This document shows, in pieces, positions 29,611 through 40,544 of a DNA stretch of 64,000 nt. The DNA is from an uncultured Planctomycetota bacterium (GTDB taxonomy: Bacteria > Planctomycetota > Phycisphaerae > Tepidisphaerales > Tepidisphaeraceae). The notes under the pieces are model-generated. The model did not search any database. It worked only from the letters and a program-made list of their open reading frames with translations, and was not told the DNA's origin. The position numbers and the translations under genes were made by a program. Each line of letters opens with the position of its first letter. Position 1 is the stretch's first letter. The DNA lies in the NCBI GenBank assembly GCA_963841915.1, contig CAWJEN010000006.1:992001-1056000 (forward strand), read 5' to 3'.

Positions 29611-31073
29611 GCGAATTGGCTCCAGAACACGATCACGATGCCGGCGTCGAGCAGACGCCCGAGCGAGGATTGACCGACGCACTGGCGATCAGCTTCCGCG
29701 TACTGCGGGTGCTGTTCGTCATCATGCTGATCTTCTTCCTGTTCAGCGGCGTCTTTACGGTCAACCAGAATCAAGTCGCTGTCCGCACCAGCTTCGGTCG
29801 AATTTCAGGCGGACCCGGCGGTGAAGTATTGACCGCAGACGGCGGACCTTACTTCCGCTGGCCCAAGCCGGTCGGTCAGGTCTTCTACATTCCGACCGAA
29901 GAGCGAAGGCTGCAGATCAGCCAGACGTTCGCCTTCCAGGCGACCGACAGCACCGAGTCGCTCGCGACGGCCGCCCCCGCGGCGGATCAGACGAATGTCG
30001 TCGATTTCGGCTTCCTTTTAACGGGTGACAAAAACATCGTCTACGCCCGGTACAACGTCGACTACAGGGTGCGGCCTGAGGAGGCTATCAGCTTCCTTCG
30101 CCATGCTGCCGGACCTGAAAACGACCGACTGCTTCTGCCCGATGGCCAGCTCGGTGCTCCTCGAGACACAGCTGATTTTGCTGTTATTGCCGACAATCCG
30201 GATCGGATGTTCGAGCGGGCCAACCGGCTCGTGGCCGCCGCTGTGGAGCAAGCGGTCATCGCCGACACGGCACGTCGCAGCGTCGAGGAGTTCCGGCTCG
30301 GCCGCGCCGCCGAAGGAACGAGCGATCTGCAATCCGCCATCACGGGCGACGCGCAGCAGATGCTCGATGACATGAATCTCGGCATCGAGATCGTCAGTCT
30401 GCAACGCACCGAAGCGTCCGTGCCGCCACAAATCAGAAGCATCTTCGAGCAGCTCAACCAGGCGTTACAACTTCAGGCAGCGCTCCTTGATCAAGGGCGG
30501 GGCGAGCAGCGGAATCTGCTAACGGGTGTCGCCGGCGATGCGGCCCCGGCGTTGCTGGCGTCGATTGAGGTTTACGAAGCGGCCGACGCCCGCCGGCAAG
30601 CAGGCGACGAGACGGCCAGTCAGGAAGCTGAAGACGCACGGCAAGCCATTGCCGACCTGCTGAATGGCGGGACGGTGAGCGAGGTCCTGACCCGCCTTGC
30701 CGAAACGCTGCCCGCCGACGCACCCGCCCGCCAGCAGTTACTCGACGAAGCGACGGCCGGCAGAAACCTGACGGTCAGCGGCACCGCATACGAGCTCGTC
30801 GGCACGGCCGCCAGTGATGCTTCGCAGATCGTCCGCCAGGCGCAGGCGCTTCGGCAACGCACGCAGGGGCTGACGGAGGAATACGCCGCCAACCCCGAGC
30901 GACTTCGCGGGCGTCTCATGCTGGCTGCACTTCGTGATATCCTGACCGCCCCGGACGCCGAGATTGAGTACGTCCCGGTGGCCGACATGATTCGCTTGCA
31001 GATCACGCCCGATGCTGAGCGTCGGAGCCAAAACGAACGTCGTCGTCTTGATGGCGCACGACAGCCGCAATAA
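29607..31073 (+). CDS. SPFH (HflK-like) protein with helical insertion
   Basis: LTDALAISFRVL, FSGVFTVNQNQVAV..FG, GPYFRWPKP, LLTGDKNIV, LGIEIVS. Confidence 0.85.
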   Translation: MSELAPEHDHDAGVEQTPERGLTDALAISFRVLRVLFVIMLIFFLFSGVFTVNQNQVAVRTSFGRISGGPGGEVLTADGGPYFRWPKPVGQVFYIPTEERRLQISQTFAFQATDSTESLATAAPAADQTNVVDFGFLLTGDKNIVYARYNVDYRVRPEEAISFLRHAAGPENDRLLLPDGQLGAPRDTADFAVIADNPDRMFERANRLVAAAVEQAVIADTARRSVEEFRLGRAAEGTSDLQSAITGDAQQMLDDMNLGIEIVSLQRTEASVPPQIRSIFEQLNQALQLQAALLDQGRGEQRNLLTGVAGDAAPALLASIEVYEAADARRQAGDETASQEAEDARQAIADLLNGGTVSEVLTRLAETLPADAPARQQLLDEATAGRNLTVSGTAYELVGTAASDASQIVRQAQALRQRTQGLTEEYAANPERLRGRLMLAALRDILTAPDAEIEYVPVADMIRLQITPDAERRSQNERRRLDGARQPQ

Positions 31074-31085
31074 GGGTTTACCTAC

Positions 31086-32267
31086 GTGACGACCACCACC
31101 GCCACCAATACGACTCACGATGACGACGCCGTGCTGGAGCTGCGCGGCGTCTCCAAAACCTTCCGCGACTTCTGGCTCAGGCCACGCGTTAAAGCCGTTC
31201 AAGACGTCGATCTGGTCGCCCGTCGCGGCGAAGTCATCGGCCTGCTCGGCCCCAACGGCAGCGGCAAGACGACCACGATCAAGATGATCCTCGGGCTGCT
31301 CAACCCGACCGCCGGGCAGATCGCAGTCCTCGGCAAGCGGCCAAGCGACGTCGCTCTGAAGCACAAGATCGGCTACCTGCCCGAGGAGTCAAACCTTTAC
31401 CGCTTCCTCAACGCAGGCGAAACGCTCGACTTCTACGGCCGCCTGTTCAAGATTCCCGCCGTCGAGCGGAAGGGACGTGTCGAGAGCCTGCTCGAGATGG
31501 TCGGCTTGACCGCCGCTCGCTATCGGCCGGTCGGTGAGTATTCCAAGGGCATGCAACGCCGTGTCGGGCTGGCTCAAGCACTCATTAACGACCCGGACCT
31601 GCTCGTGCTCGACGAGCCGACCACCGGCATGGACCCGATTGCCACGCGGCAAATCAAGGACCTCATCAAGACGCTCCGTGATCGTGGCAAGACCATCCTC
31701 CTCTGTACGCACCTGCTCGGCGAAGTCGAAGACGTCTGTGATCGGCTCGTCATCATGTACGGCGGCAGGATCCGGGCATCGGGCACCGTCGGCGAACTGC
31801 TCACTGTGCCTGACAAGCAGTCGATCGAGGTCGACGGTGAAGCACTTGATGCGGCGACCGTCGAACGACTGACGGCAGTCATCAACGAAAGCGGCAGGCA
31901 GGTGTCCGAGGTGCGTCATCCACGTCAAAAGCTCGAGAACGTTTTCATGGATGTGATCGAGCTGGCCAATCGTGGCGGCGAAACGACCACCGGTGCCGCC
32001 GTCGGCGGTGACATGGCCGGGTTCCTGACGAACGGCGACGGTGACGACCTGCTTCGGTCGCTGGCAGCTACGCCGACGAAGCCGGAAGTCGTGACGCCCG
32101 AGCCTGTTCCCGAAGCAGCCGCAGCCGACGAAGGCGAGCTGGAGCGACTTCGCGACGAACCGGTGTCAGCCGCCCCCGAGCCTGTTGCGCCTGCCCAGCC
32201 GCAGAAGGACGATGACTTCCTGAGCGATCTGGCCGGTCCCAAAGAGACTGACGAGGCCGGCCGATGA
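31086..32267 (+). CDS. ABC transporter ATP-binding protein with acidic tail
   Basis: GPNGSGKTT, YSKGM, LLVLDEPT, CTH. Confidence 0.93.
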   Translation: MTTTTATNTTHDDDAVLELRGVSKTFRDFWLRPRVKAVQDVDLVARRGEVIGLLGPNGSGKTTTIKMILGLLNPTAGQIAVLGKRPSDVALKHKIGYLPEESNLYRFLNAGETLDFYGRLFKIPAVERKGRVESLLEMVGLTAARYRPVGEYSKGMQRRVGLAQALINDPDLLVLDEPTTGMDPIATRQIKDLIKTLRDRGKTILLCTHLLGEVEDVCDRLVIMYGGRIRASGTVGELLTVPDKQSIEVDGEALDAATVERLTAVINESGRQVSEVRHPRQKLENVFMDVIELANRGGETTTGAAVGGDMAGFLTNGDGDDLLRSLAATPTKPEVVTPEPVPEAAAADEGELERLRDEPVSAAPEPVAPAQPQKDDDFLSDLAGPKETDEAGR

Positions 32268-34132
32268 CCGCGTTCGATCAGGACATCCTCGCCGGTCGGA
32301 AACGACGCCAAGGCCGCGTCGGCTTTGCCAAGTACCTCGCAGGCCGAGCGACGGGTTGGATGATTGCCATCGCGGCAACACTGCTCGTCGTTTTCGTCAT
32401 CGGCGGCTTCGCCGAAGCTGCTGGCGGAGACTCAGCTTTTCGTATGCCTTGGGATTGGTTGCCAGCCGTGCTCAACGGCAGCGAGCCGATGGCCCGGTGG
32501 ACCGGCGTCGTTCTGACCCTCTTTCTGGGCGGCTGGCTGGCGACGATTGGCCTGAAGCTATGTCGGCTCCTGCTGTCGCTCGACATCATTGCCAGCACGG
32601 CCATCGGCAGCGTCTTTACCGTCGCCCGCGCCGGACTCGACGAGGCCGTCCGCAACAGAACGGTCGTCGTGCTGCTTGGCCTGATGCTCGTCGCCTTGTC
32701 CGTGCAGCCGTACCTGACGCTCGGCACAATCGAGCACCCGCTACGCGACACTATTCGCTTCACACTGTCGTACAGCGGCTTCATTGCCGCGCTGTTTTTG
32801 GGCGGCGTGACTATCTTCTTGGCCACCAGCGGCGTGGCCAGCGACTTTTCTGCCCGCCGGGCCGGCAGCGTTTTCGTCAAACCCGTTCCACGGTGGGGCT
32901 ACTTGCTAGGCCGCTGGCTCGGCACGGTGGTGCCGATGGCGGTGCTCGTCATCGTCTGGGCGGTGGTAACCCTATTCATCTCGACGGTTTGGCTGAATCA
33001 TCAGACCGCCCTGGACATTCAAGATCGCGACTTCATCTCGAATCAGGTGCTCGTCGCACGGGCCGAGACGGAGGCGCAGCCGGACGAGTCGCTTCAGGAC
33101 CGCGTTCGTGATCGGGTGATGACGCTCCGCGAAACGGATCCGGACCGCGTGGCCCGTCGTGGCGAAGCGAACCTGGTCCAGGACCTGCTTAACGAGGAGC
33201 GACTTTCGTTCCTCGCCCTGCAGTACGATGAGACGAAGTCGTACCGGTTCCCGGGCCTGGGAGAAGTTCGCCAGCGGGCGCTGGCATTGGAGGCTGAGCT
33301 GAAGGCAGATGCCCAGGAGATCAGCGACCGGCTCAAGGAGATTAATGTCGACTTGAAACCGAATGCCGTAACGCTTGCGAGCGTTCTACCCTTTGGTGAG
33401 TTCCTTGATCTCGACCTGTCGCAGGGCCAATTGCAATTGCAGTTCAGCGTCCGCGGGAGCAACACCTACGGTTCGACGAACGGCGTGGTGAGTCTCGAAG
33501 CTGCGGGCGCCGTGCTCACGGTCAATTATCTTATCGACCGCGTTCAGACGTATTCGCTTCCCGCCACCTTTATTGATGAAGACGGGACGTTGGAGTTGTC
33601 GGTGAAGAATCGAGGCTTCATCCGAAACGACACGCTGCAGCAGGTTCCGATTCAGTTCGAGGCTGATACGTGGCTGAGTATCTTCTCAGTCCGCGGTGAC
33701 TTCGGCGGCAACGTGCTGCGGCAGGCGATACTGCTGTGGACACGCCTCTGCTTCCTGGCGATGTTGGCCACGGTTGCGGCATCGGTAATGAGCTTTCCCG
33801 TGGCCACGACGTTGTCGCTAGCGCTTTGGACGCTGGCGGCCGGTGGTACCTGGCTGCAGAGGACGCTGCAATCCGGCGTCGGCCGAAGCGGCGACAACGT
33901 TGCCGGCTCTGCGTTCGAGATGTTCCTGGTCCCGATCGCTCAGGGGCTTGCGTGGCTCATGAGCGGCTTCAGCAAGGTCGACGGCATCTCCCGGCTTAGC
34001 CAAGGCTTGTACTTGTCTTGGAACGACGTGCTCTACCACGTCTTGACCGTCGGGCTGCTATGGACCGCCATCGCATTTGCCGTCGGTTGGGTGCTATTCT
34101 CGCGACGCGAGATCGCACGCGTGCAGGTCTAA
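32264..34132 (+). CDS. ABC-2-type permease with large extracytoplasmic domain
   Basis: VARAGLDEAVR, SVFVKPVPRWGYLLGRWLG; TM clusters at both ends; ends FSRREIA. Confidence 0.8.
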   Translation: MTAFDQDILAGRKRRQGRVGFAKYLAGRATGWMIAIAATLLVVFVIGGFAEAAGGDSAFRMPWDWLPAVLNGSEPMARWTGVVLTLFLGGWLATIGLKLCRLLLSLDIIASTAIGSVFTVARAGLDEAVRNRTVVVLLGLMLVALSVQPYLTLGTIEHPLRDTIRFTLSYSGFIAALFLGGVTIFLATSGVASDFSARRAGSVFVKPVPRWGYLLGRWLGTVVPMAVLVIVWAVVTLFISTVWLNHQTALDIQDRDFISNQVLVARAETEAQPDESLQDRVRDRVMTLRETDPDRVARRGEANLVQDLLNEERLSFLALQYDETKSYRFPGLGEVRQRALALEAELKADAQEISDRLKEINVDLKPNAVTLASVLPFGEFLDLDLSQGQLQLQFSVRGSNTYGSTNGVVSLEAAGAVLTVNYLIDRVQTYSLPATFIDEDGTLELSVKNRGFIRNDTLQQVPIQFEADTWLSIFSVRGDFGGNVLRQAILLWTRLCFLAMLATVAASVMSFPVATTLSLALWTLAAGGTWLQRTLQSGVGRSGDNVAGSAFEMFLVPIAQGLAWLMSGFSKVDGISRLSQGLYLSWNDVLYHVLTVGLLWTAIAFAVGWVLFSRREIARVQV

Positions 34133-34179
34133 GCGGCATCGGCCGCAACTAATCTGGGGTCGGCAACGTATACCTACGT

Positions 34180-36126
34180 ATGAGGAACGCCCTGACGATC
34201 ACTGGTGGCATCGGCATCTTTGCCGCCTGCGTCGCGGCGGCGGGCATGCTGACCCAGTCGATCAACCAGCAACGCAAGGACAACAACCTTGCCGTCAGCG
34301 ACAACATCTACGACCTGCCGCCCGAGCACGCTGTCACGCAGGCAGGTCTTGGCATCTTCCGCGGCATCGCCCTCGCGTTCGCCTGGCAGCGAATGGAGGA
34401 TCTGAAGAACGAAGGTAACTACTCCGAGGCCGTCCAGCTCGGCGAGTGGATCACGAAGCTGCAACCCAAGTTCGCCCGTGTCTGGGAGTTTGTCAGCTGG
34501 AATCAGGCGTACAACATCTCGGTCGGCACCCACACGCCCGACGAGCGGTGGTTCTGGGTGCGAAGCGGCATTGACCTGCTGCAGCGCAAGGGCGGCGGGA
34601 TCGACTCGAATCCTGACAATCTTCGCCTCTATCAGCAGCTGGCTTGGATTTACCACCACAAGGTGGGCATGTTCCAGGACCAATACAACTGGTACTACAA
34701 GCGGAACGTCGCCAGCGAGTTCAACGCCATTCTCGGCGAGCCTCCCCGGAATCGCCAGCTCAATGTCGCCTGGCTCGAAGCCATCGCCGCCTCACCCGAC
34801 AGCGAGCAGCTACTCGGCGACGAAGCCCGGCGGCTGCTGCGTTACATGCGGGATAAAACTGCCGGCGACGTGGTAGACCAACTCCGCGACTTCACCGTCG
34901 CCAGCGTGCTCGTGCCGATCGAGACGCCCGAGGGGCAGGAAGACAGCGCATTCACCGCCGGAGAGCTGGAACCGCCGCAGGCGTTTCCGGAGTGGGCCGA
35001 GCAGGAGACAATTGATGAAACGATTGCATTTCTCCGAAAGAAGGCCTTAAAGAGCGACCGCCTGAACATGGACCTCGACGCGATGATTCGCGATGCCGAC
35101 GAACTGGGAGCCATTGACTGGCGGCACCCGGCGGCGCACTCAATTTACTGGGCTCGCCGCGGTCTTGAGCGAGTTGAAGAAGACGAGGGCCGAAGCCTGG
35201 AAGGCCAAACAAACCTTCGCCGGCAGGTCCTCAACAGCCTCAACGGGCTGGCACGCGAAGGACGCGTCGTCTACGACCCGTTGCAGAACTACGTGAGCTA
35301 CACACCTGACTGGCCGTTTTGGCTGGACTTTGAGCGGTATTACGTGATGGTCCAGGACGCGGAGCTCGAAGCCGCCCGTGCGGCCGGCGTAGAGCCGGGT
35401 GAGCTGGAGACGCTTCGAACAGAACGCATGTACGGCAGCGGCTTCCGCAACCGCATGGACGCCGCCATCGCCGACGCTGAGCTGTACGGCGACCGCGACA
35501 TGGCCGATGAGCTTTTCCTCCGGATGGCCCGGCGGTACGAGGGCACGCGGTTCGAAGAGCGATACAACGTCGGCCTCGACGAGTTCCTCGAAAAGCAGTG
35601 GAACGACACGATCGAAAATCCTGACACCGCCCGAGCCACCATCTCGGCCATGCTGGTGCAGGCGCTGTCGTCGCTCTACCTCGTGCGGCAACCCGAACGG
35701 TACGACCAGCTTGTTGCCAAGGCCCTCGATCTGCACGAGGGCTGGCGGAAGCTCAACCCGGACCCGAACGACCCGCTGTATCAGGAGGTGCCGCCCTTCC
35801 CGTCGCTCATCGCAGAGGCCTACGGCAACTTCCTCACCGGCAAGAGTGGTCAGGTCGTCGTGGAACGCATTCCGCTGGAGATTCGGGCAGGGGTCTGGGC
35901 TTCACTGGGCGATTCTGAGGATGTTCAAGTCGCGCTGTTTCGCTCGAACTTTGGCCAAGAGATGTACCGGCAAGCCGCCGCCGAGGGATATGACCCGTCG
36001 CTGGTGTTCCCGCCACCGCCGAGCCTGCGATTCACCGACGAGCTTAAAAAGTCCGTGTCCGGTGATAAGGACCTCAATCGCGAACTTGAAGAAGGTACCG
36101 ATTTAGCCGAGCAGGAGATCAAGTAG
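34180..36126 (+). CDS. Membrane-anchored alpha-helical hypothetical protein
   Basis: N-terminal hydrophobic segment; LGIFRGIA...WITKLQP.F..VW...WNQAYNISV...RWFWVRSGI; last gene of the ABC block. Confidence 0.7.
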   Translation: MRNALTITGGIGIFAACVAAAGMLTQSINQQRKDNNLAVSDNIYDLPPEHAVTQAGLGIFRGIALAFAWQRMEDLKNEGNYSEAVQLGEWITKLQPKFARVWEFVSWNQAYNISVGTHTPDERWFWVRSGIDLLQRKGGGIDSNPDNLRLYQQLAWIYHHKVGMFQDQYNWYYKRNVASEFNAILGEPPRNRQLNVAWLEAIAASPDSEQLLGDEARRLLRYMRDKTAGDVVDQLRDFTVASVLVPIETPEGQEDSAFTAGELEPPQAFPEWAEQETIDETIAFLRKKALKSDRLNMDLDAMIRDADELGAIDWRHPAAHSIYWARRGLERVEEDEGRSLEGQTNLRRQVLNSLNGLAREGRVVYDPLQNYVSYTPDWPFWLDFERYYVMVQDAELEAARAAGVEPGELETLRTERMYGSGFRNRMDAAIADAELYGDRDMADELFLRMARRYEGTRFEERYNVGLDEFLEKQWNDTIENPDTARATISAMLVQALSSLYLVRQPERYDQLVAKALDLHEGWRKLNPDPNDPLYQEVPPFPSLIAEAYGNFLTGKSGQVVVERIPLEIRAGVWASLGDSEDVQVALFRSNFGQEMYRQAAAEGYDPSLVFPPPPSLRFTDELKKSVSGDKDLNRELEEGTDLAEQEIK

Positions 36127-36159
36127 CCTCTCCTGCCTCCCGCTAGGCTACCGGGCTGC

Positions 36160-38007
36160 ATGACGGACCGACGCCTGCTGCCGACGCTCGCCCTTGTCGC
36201 CGGCCTGGCCATGACAGTCGGCATGGCCGCCCCGGCCACGCTTCCTTGGCGGCTGCTGTTCATCGCTGGTTCGGTCGGCCTGTCCGTCGTCATGCTGCTA
36301 GCGTGGCGGAGCGGTCGCGTGTCATTGCCGACGGTCTTGTGCGTCGGCGTATTGCTTCGTCTGATCGTGCTGCCGATCGCGCCGACACTGTCCGATGATG
36401 TGTGGCGTTATCTCTGGGACGGCCTCGTCACCGCGACCGGGGGCAACCCATACTTGTCGCTGCCGAGCGATTCGATCAACGCCGAGTTGTCGTCGCTCGT
36501 GCCGCTCGACCGGCTCAACAGTGGTCGCTACTACAGCGTCTATCCGCCGGTCTCGCAGTATCTCTTTGCAACCGCAGGCACAGCCATTCGATTCTTCGGA
36601 TCGGCGATGGCTGGGTTGATTGTGCTGAAGCTCGTTGCCCTGCTGTGCGAGCTGCTCGTGTTGTGGCTGCTGGTCTGTCTCAAGACGCCTGCAACCCTTG
36701 TCGTGCTCTACGCGTGGAACCCGCTGGTGATTGTCGAGACGGTCGGACAGATGCACAGCGAGGCGTTCATGCTGCCGTTGCTCGTCGGCACGATCGCCGC
36801 CTGCCGCGGCGACCGCCTGCGCCTCGCGGGCGTGCTGCTCGCGGCAGCGACATGGGTCAAGCTGTTCCCGCTCCTCTTGTTGCCTTTGCTGTGGCGACGC
36901 GGCGGCTGGCGGAGCGTCTGGCCACAGATCCTCACGCTCGCGCTGCTCGCCCTGCCGTTTTACCACGGCAATGTCGTCGGCAACGTCCGTCAGTCGATTT
37001 TGCTCTACGCAACTACGTTCGATTTCAACGCGGGCCTTTATCTGCTGCTTCGGGCGGCCGTCAACGCCTTGCACGAAGGCCCGGAAAATGTCGGCCGTGA
37101 TGTCGTCGGGCCGGCGCTGCAGATCGTGCTGCTCGCTGGTGTCGTCTTGATCTACGCCTTTGACTGGTGGAAGAAGCCGTCGCTTGCTGCATCGTTCGCC
37201 CTCGTGCTGGGGCTGTTTGTCGTGACGGCGACGACGGTGCATCCGTGGTACCTGCTGGGACTCCTCGCGCTGTTGCCGCTGCAGTCCGGGCTTCGGTGGT
37301 CATGGCTTTGGCTGGCTGCGATCGCGCCGCTGACGTACCTGCGATATTTGCCCGCAGGCGAGTCAACGTATTTTGCCGCGGTCGCGGTCGGATGGTCCGG
37401 CTGGCTCGGCCTATCCGCAGTTGCCTTGCTTCCGGCTGTTCTCCGCAAACGTGCACGAAGCAAGGCGACGCGCGTCGAGGCAGCGATGGGCACGAGCATG
37501 CGAGGCCGTCGCATCCTCGATCTCGGATGCGGTGAAGGCCATGTCGGCGAGGCGCTTCGGTCTCGCGGGGCAGACGTGTCGTTCTGCGACGTTGCCGACT
37601 TCTCAGCCGACACTGCACGGCCGTTCATTCGCTATAACGGCTCTGCCCTGCCGTTCGGCGACACATCGTTCGACGTCATCGTGTTGTACTTCGTGCTTCA
37701 CCACAGCCGCGACGCAGAGCAGGTGCTGAGCGAGGCGGCGCGGGTCGGCAGCCGCGTTGTCGTGGTTGAGAGCGTGTACCGCACGGCGATCGAGTTGCGT
37801 GTCCTCACGTTCCTGGACAAGCTTGCCAATCGGCTCCGCGGCGGACAACAGATGGCGGCCCAGGAAGAGCACCTGCACTTTCGTAAAGTGGCTGATTGGC
37901 TCGCGCTGATGAAAGGCAGAGGGTTGACGGCCGATTACGTCGAGGAGCACGGCCGTTCGCCGCATCGGCAGGCAACGTTCGTCTTGCGTCAGCAGCAGCT
38001 TCTTTAG
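36160..38007 (+). CDS. GT-C glycosyltransferase (GT87-like) fused to class I SAM methyltransferase
   Basis: LSDDVWRYLWDG, VYPP, YAWNPL, VKLFP, VHPWY; then ILDLGCGEG, LPFGDTSFD, VLHH. Confidence 0.8.
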   Translation: MTDRRLLPTLALVAGLAMTVGMAAPATLPWRLLFIAGSVGLSVVMLLAWRSGRVSLPTVLCVGVLLRLIVLPIAPTLSDDVWRYLWDGLVTATGGNPYLSLPSDSINAELSSLVPLDRLNSGRYYSVYPPVSQYLFATAGTAIRFFGSAMAGLIVLKLVALLCELLVLWLLVCLKTPATLVVLYAWNPLVIVETVGQMHSEAFMLPLLVGTIAACRGDRLRLAGVLLAAATWVKLFPLLLLPLLWRRGGWRSVWPQILTLALLALPFYHGNVVGNVRQSILLYATTFDFNAGLYLLLRAAVNALHEGPENVGRDVVGPALQIVLLAGVVLIYAFDWWKKPSLAASFALVLGLFVVTATTVHPWYLLGLLALLPLQSGLRWSWLWLAAIAPLTYLRYLPAGESTYFAAVAVGWSGWLGLSAVALLPAVLRKRARSKATRVEAAMGTSMRGRRILDLGCGEGHVGEALRSRGADVSFCDVADFSADTARPFIRYNGSALPFGDTSFDVIVLYFVLHHSRDAEQVLSEAARVGSRVVVVESVYRTAIELRVLTFLDKLANRLRGGQQMAAQEEHLHFRKVADWLALMKGRGLTADYVEEHGRSPHRQATFVLRQQQLL

Positions 38008-38019
38008 ACACTAATCAAC

Positions 38020-40537
38020 ATGCCGGACGTCCTGCCTTACCAAGCGAAGAAGTCACGACCGTCCGGCCCGCTCACCTGGCCACGTCGTTACGCAAACTGG
38101 CTGCACCTGCAGTGGCCCAGTGGCACCGTGGAGAAGCTGCCCGTTGCCGACCCGCAGGGTCGCACGAACGTCGACGGCCTGTCCATCGTGGGCGACCTGA
38201 CCGGCGTGCCGCTGTTGAAGCTGTCAGCGAATGCTGGTCACGACGCCGTCTGCCGAATTGCCGATGAGCTCGAGGGCGAGTCGCAGCAGGACGACGTGCT
38301 TGACGTCGCCATCATCGGCGGCGGCACCGCCGGCTTCTCCGCCGCCCTCGCCGCCGAAGAGAAGGGTCTTCGCTACTGCGTCTTCGAAGCCAGCACGCCC
38401 TTCAACACGATCAAGGACTTTCCCAAGGGAAAGCCGATTTACACGTACCCGACCAATGTGCGCACGAAGGGGTTCGAACTGCACGAGAAGTCGAACGTGA
38501 AAGAAGGTCTCGTCGAAGACCTCGAAGAGCAGACCGTCGACAAGGGTATTAGGTACGTCAAGGCTCGCGTCGACAAGATCGGGCGGCAGCGGCGGCCTGC
38601 TTGAGGTCAAACTCGCAAAGCCGGCACAGACACCCGAAGGCGTTCATCTCAATGGCACCGGCTTTGTCACCAGTGGCGAGACGGTGAAAGCCAAACGCGT
38701 CGTCGTCGCCATCGGGCGTAGCGGCAACTATCGCAAGCTCGGCGTGCCGGGCGAGGAGAAGAACGACAAAGTCACGCACCGACTGGCCGACCCGAGCGAC
38801 TACTGCAGCAAGAAGGTCCTCATCGTCGGCGGCGGTGACAGTGCGATGGAAACCGCCATCGCACTGGCCGAGTGCGGCGGTGACGTCACCCTGAGCTACC
38901 GCAAGGCAGAGTTCAACCGGCCAAAGCCTGAGAATCAGGACAAGATCGACCAGCTCCAGCAGGACGGCAAGGTCGATCTGCTGTTTAGCAGCAACGTCGC
39001 CGAGATCAAGGACGACGTCGTCGACATCAAGCTCGACGACGGCAGTACGAAGTCGGTCAACAACGATCAGGTCTTTCTAATGATCGGCCGCGAGGCGCCG
39101 CTCGACTTCTTCCGCAGAAGCGGCGTGAAGATCCGCAACGAGCGGACAGTGACCTGGTGGGTGACGCTGATCGCGTTCCTGGCGTTCTGCACCTGGATGT
39201 ACCACTGGATCAAGGGCGACCCGCTGCTCGGCATCGACGGCTGGAAGCTGCCTGCCGTCCTGCAGCCGGACCCGGCGACCTTCATCGCCAGCGTGCGAGG
39301 CGTTCTCGGCGGGTACTTCTCCGACGTCACCACGCTCGGAGGCACGATCCTCGAGTCGGCCAAAGGACGCAGCTTCTATTACACGCTGGCCTATTGCCTG
39401 CTCGTGCTGACGTTTGGCATCGACCGGTATCGCAGACGTCGCACGCCGTACGTCTTCTGGCAGACGATCACGCTGACGCTGATTCAGTGGATTCCGCTCT
39501 TCATCCTGCCCGAAATCTTATTGCCGTACCTCGGCCGCAACGGCTTCATGGACAGCGGCATCGGCGGGTGGCTCAACGCAACGCTCTTCAGCAACGAGAA
39601 CGGTCAGGGCGGCGAATGGTGGCGCGCGTACGGCCTTGTGCTCGCTTGGCCACTGATGGCGTGGAACTGGTTCACGGCCGGACCCATTTGGGGCTGGATC
39701 ATCCTCGGCTCACTGCAGACGTTCGTGCTTATCCCGGCGATGGTCTACTACTGGGGCAAAGGTGCGTACTGCGGCTGGATCTGCTCCTGCGGCGCCCTCG
39801 CCGAGACGCTCGGCGACCGCCACCGTGAGAAGATGCCGCACGGCAAATGGCCCAACCGGTTCAACCTGCTCGGGCAAGTGCTGCTCGCCTTCGGCTTCCT
39901 GATCCAGGCACTCTTCATCCTTCGATGGATGGGCGTCGGCTGGGCCAAAGATGCCAGCGACTACCTCGCCCTCACGAGCGGCCTGGGCTTCTTCAGCTGG
40001 AAGTACTTTGTCGATCTCATCTGGGCCAGCCTGCTGGGCGTGGGCGTCTACTTCTGGCTGAGCGGCCGGGTCTGGTGCCGCTTTGCCTGTCCGCTGGCGG
40101 CGCTGATGCACATCTATCACCGCTTCGGCCGCTTCGCGATTCTTGCCGAGAAGAAGAAGTGCATCTCCTGCAACGTCTGCACGAGCGTCTGTCACCAAGG
40201 CATCGATGTCATGAGCTTCGCCAACAAGGGGCGGCCGATGGTCGACCCGGAGTGCGTGCGATGCAGTGCGTGCGTACAAATGTGCCCGACGGGCGTGCTG
40301 GAATTCGGCATGATCGACCGCGACGGCAACCCGTCGTCGTGCGACCCGTCGTGGCTCGCCGCCAGCCCCGTTCGCATCCGCGAGAGCAGCTTGGGCGAAG
40401 CTGTCAGAGCTGGCGAACCATCACCCGTCGCACCCGCACCTGTCGCCACGAAGGTCCGCCTCACCGTCAACGGCAAGAAGGCCCGCAAAACCAGCGACCC
40501 ATCGCCCATCGGTTCGCTGATCGCCCGCCTCACCTGA
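38020..40537 (+). CDS. Thioredoxin-reductase-like FAD oxidoreductase fused to polytopic 4Fe-4S membrane domain; frameshift near 38582
   Basis: IIGGGTAG and IVGGGDSA; membrane part with CGWICSCG and WCRFACP; two CxxCxxCxxxC motifs. Removing one G at 38581-38583 joins both ORFs. Confidence 0.8.
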
Positions 40538-40544
40538 CGCGTGT

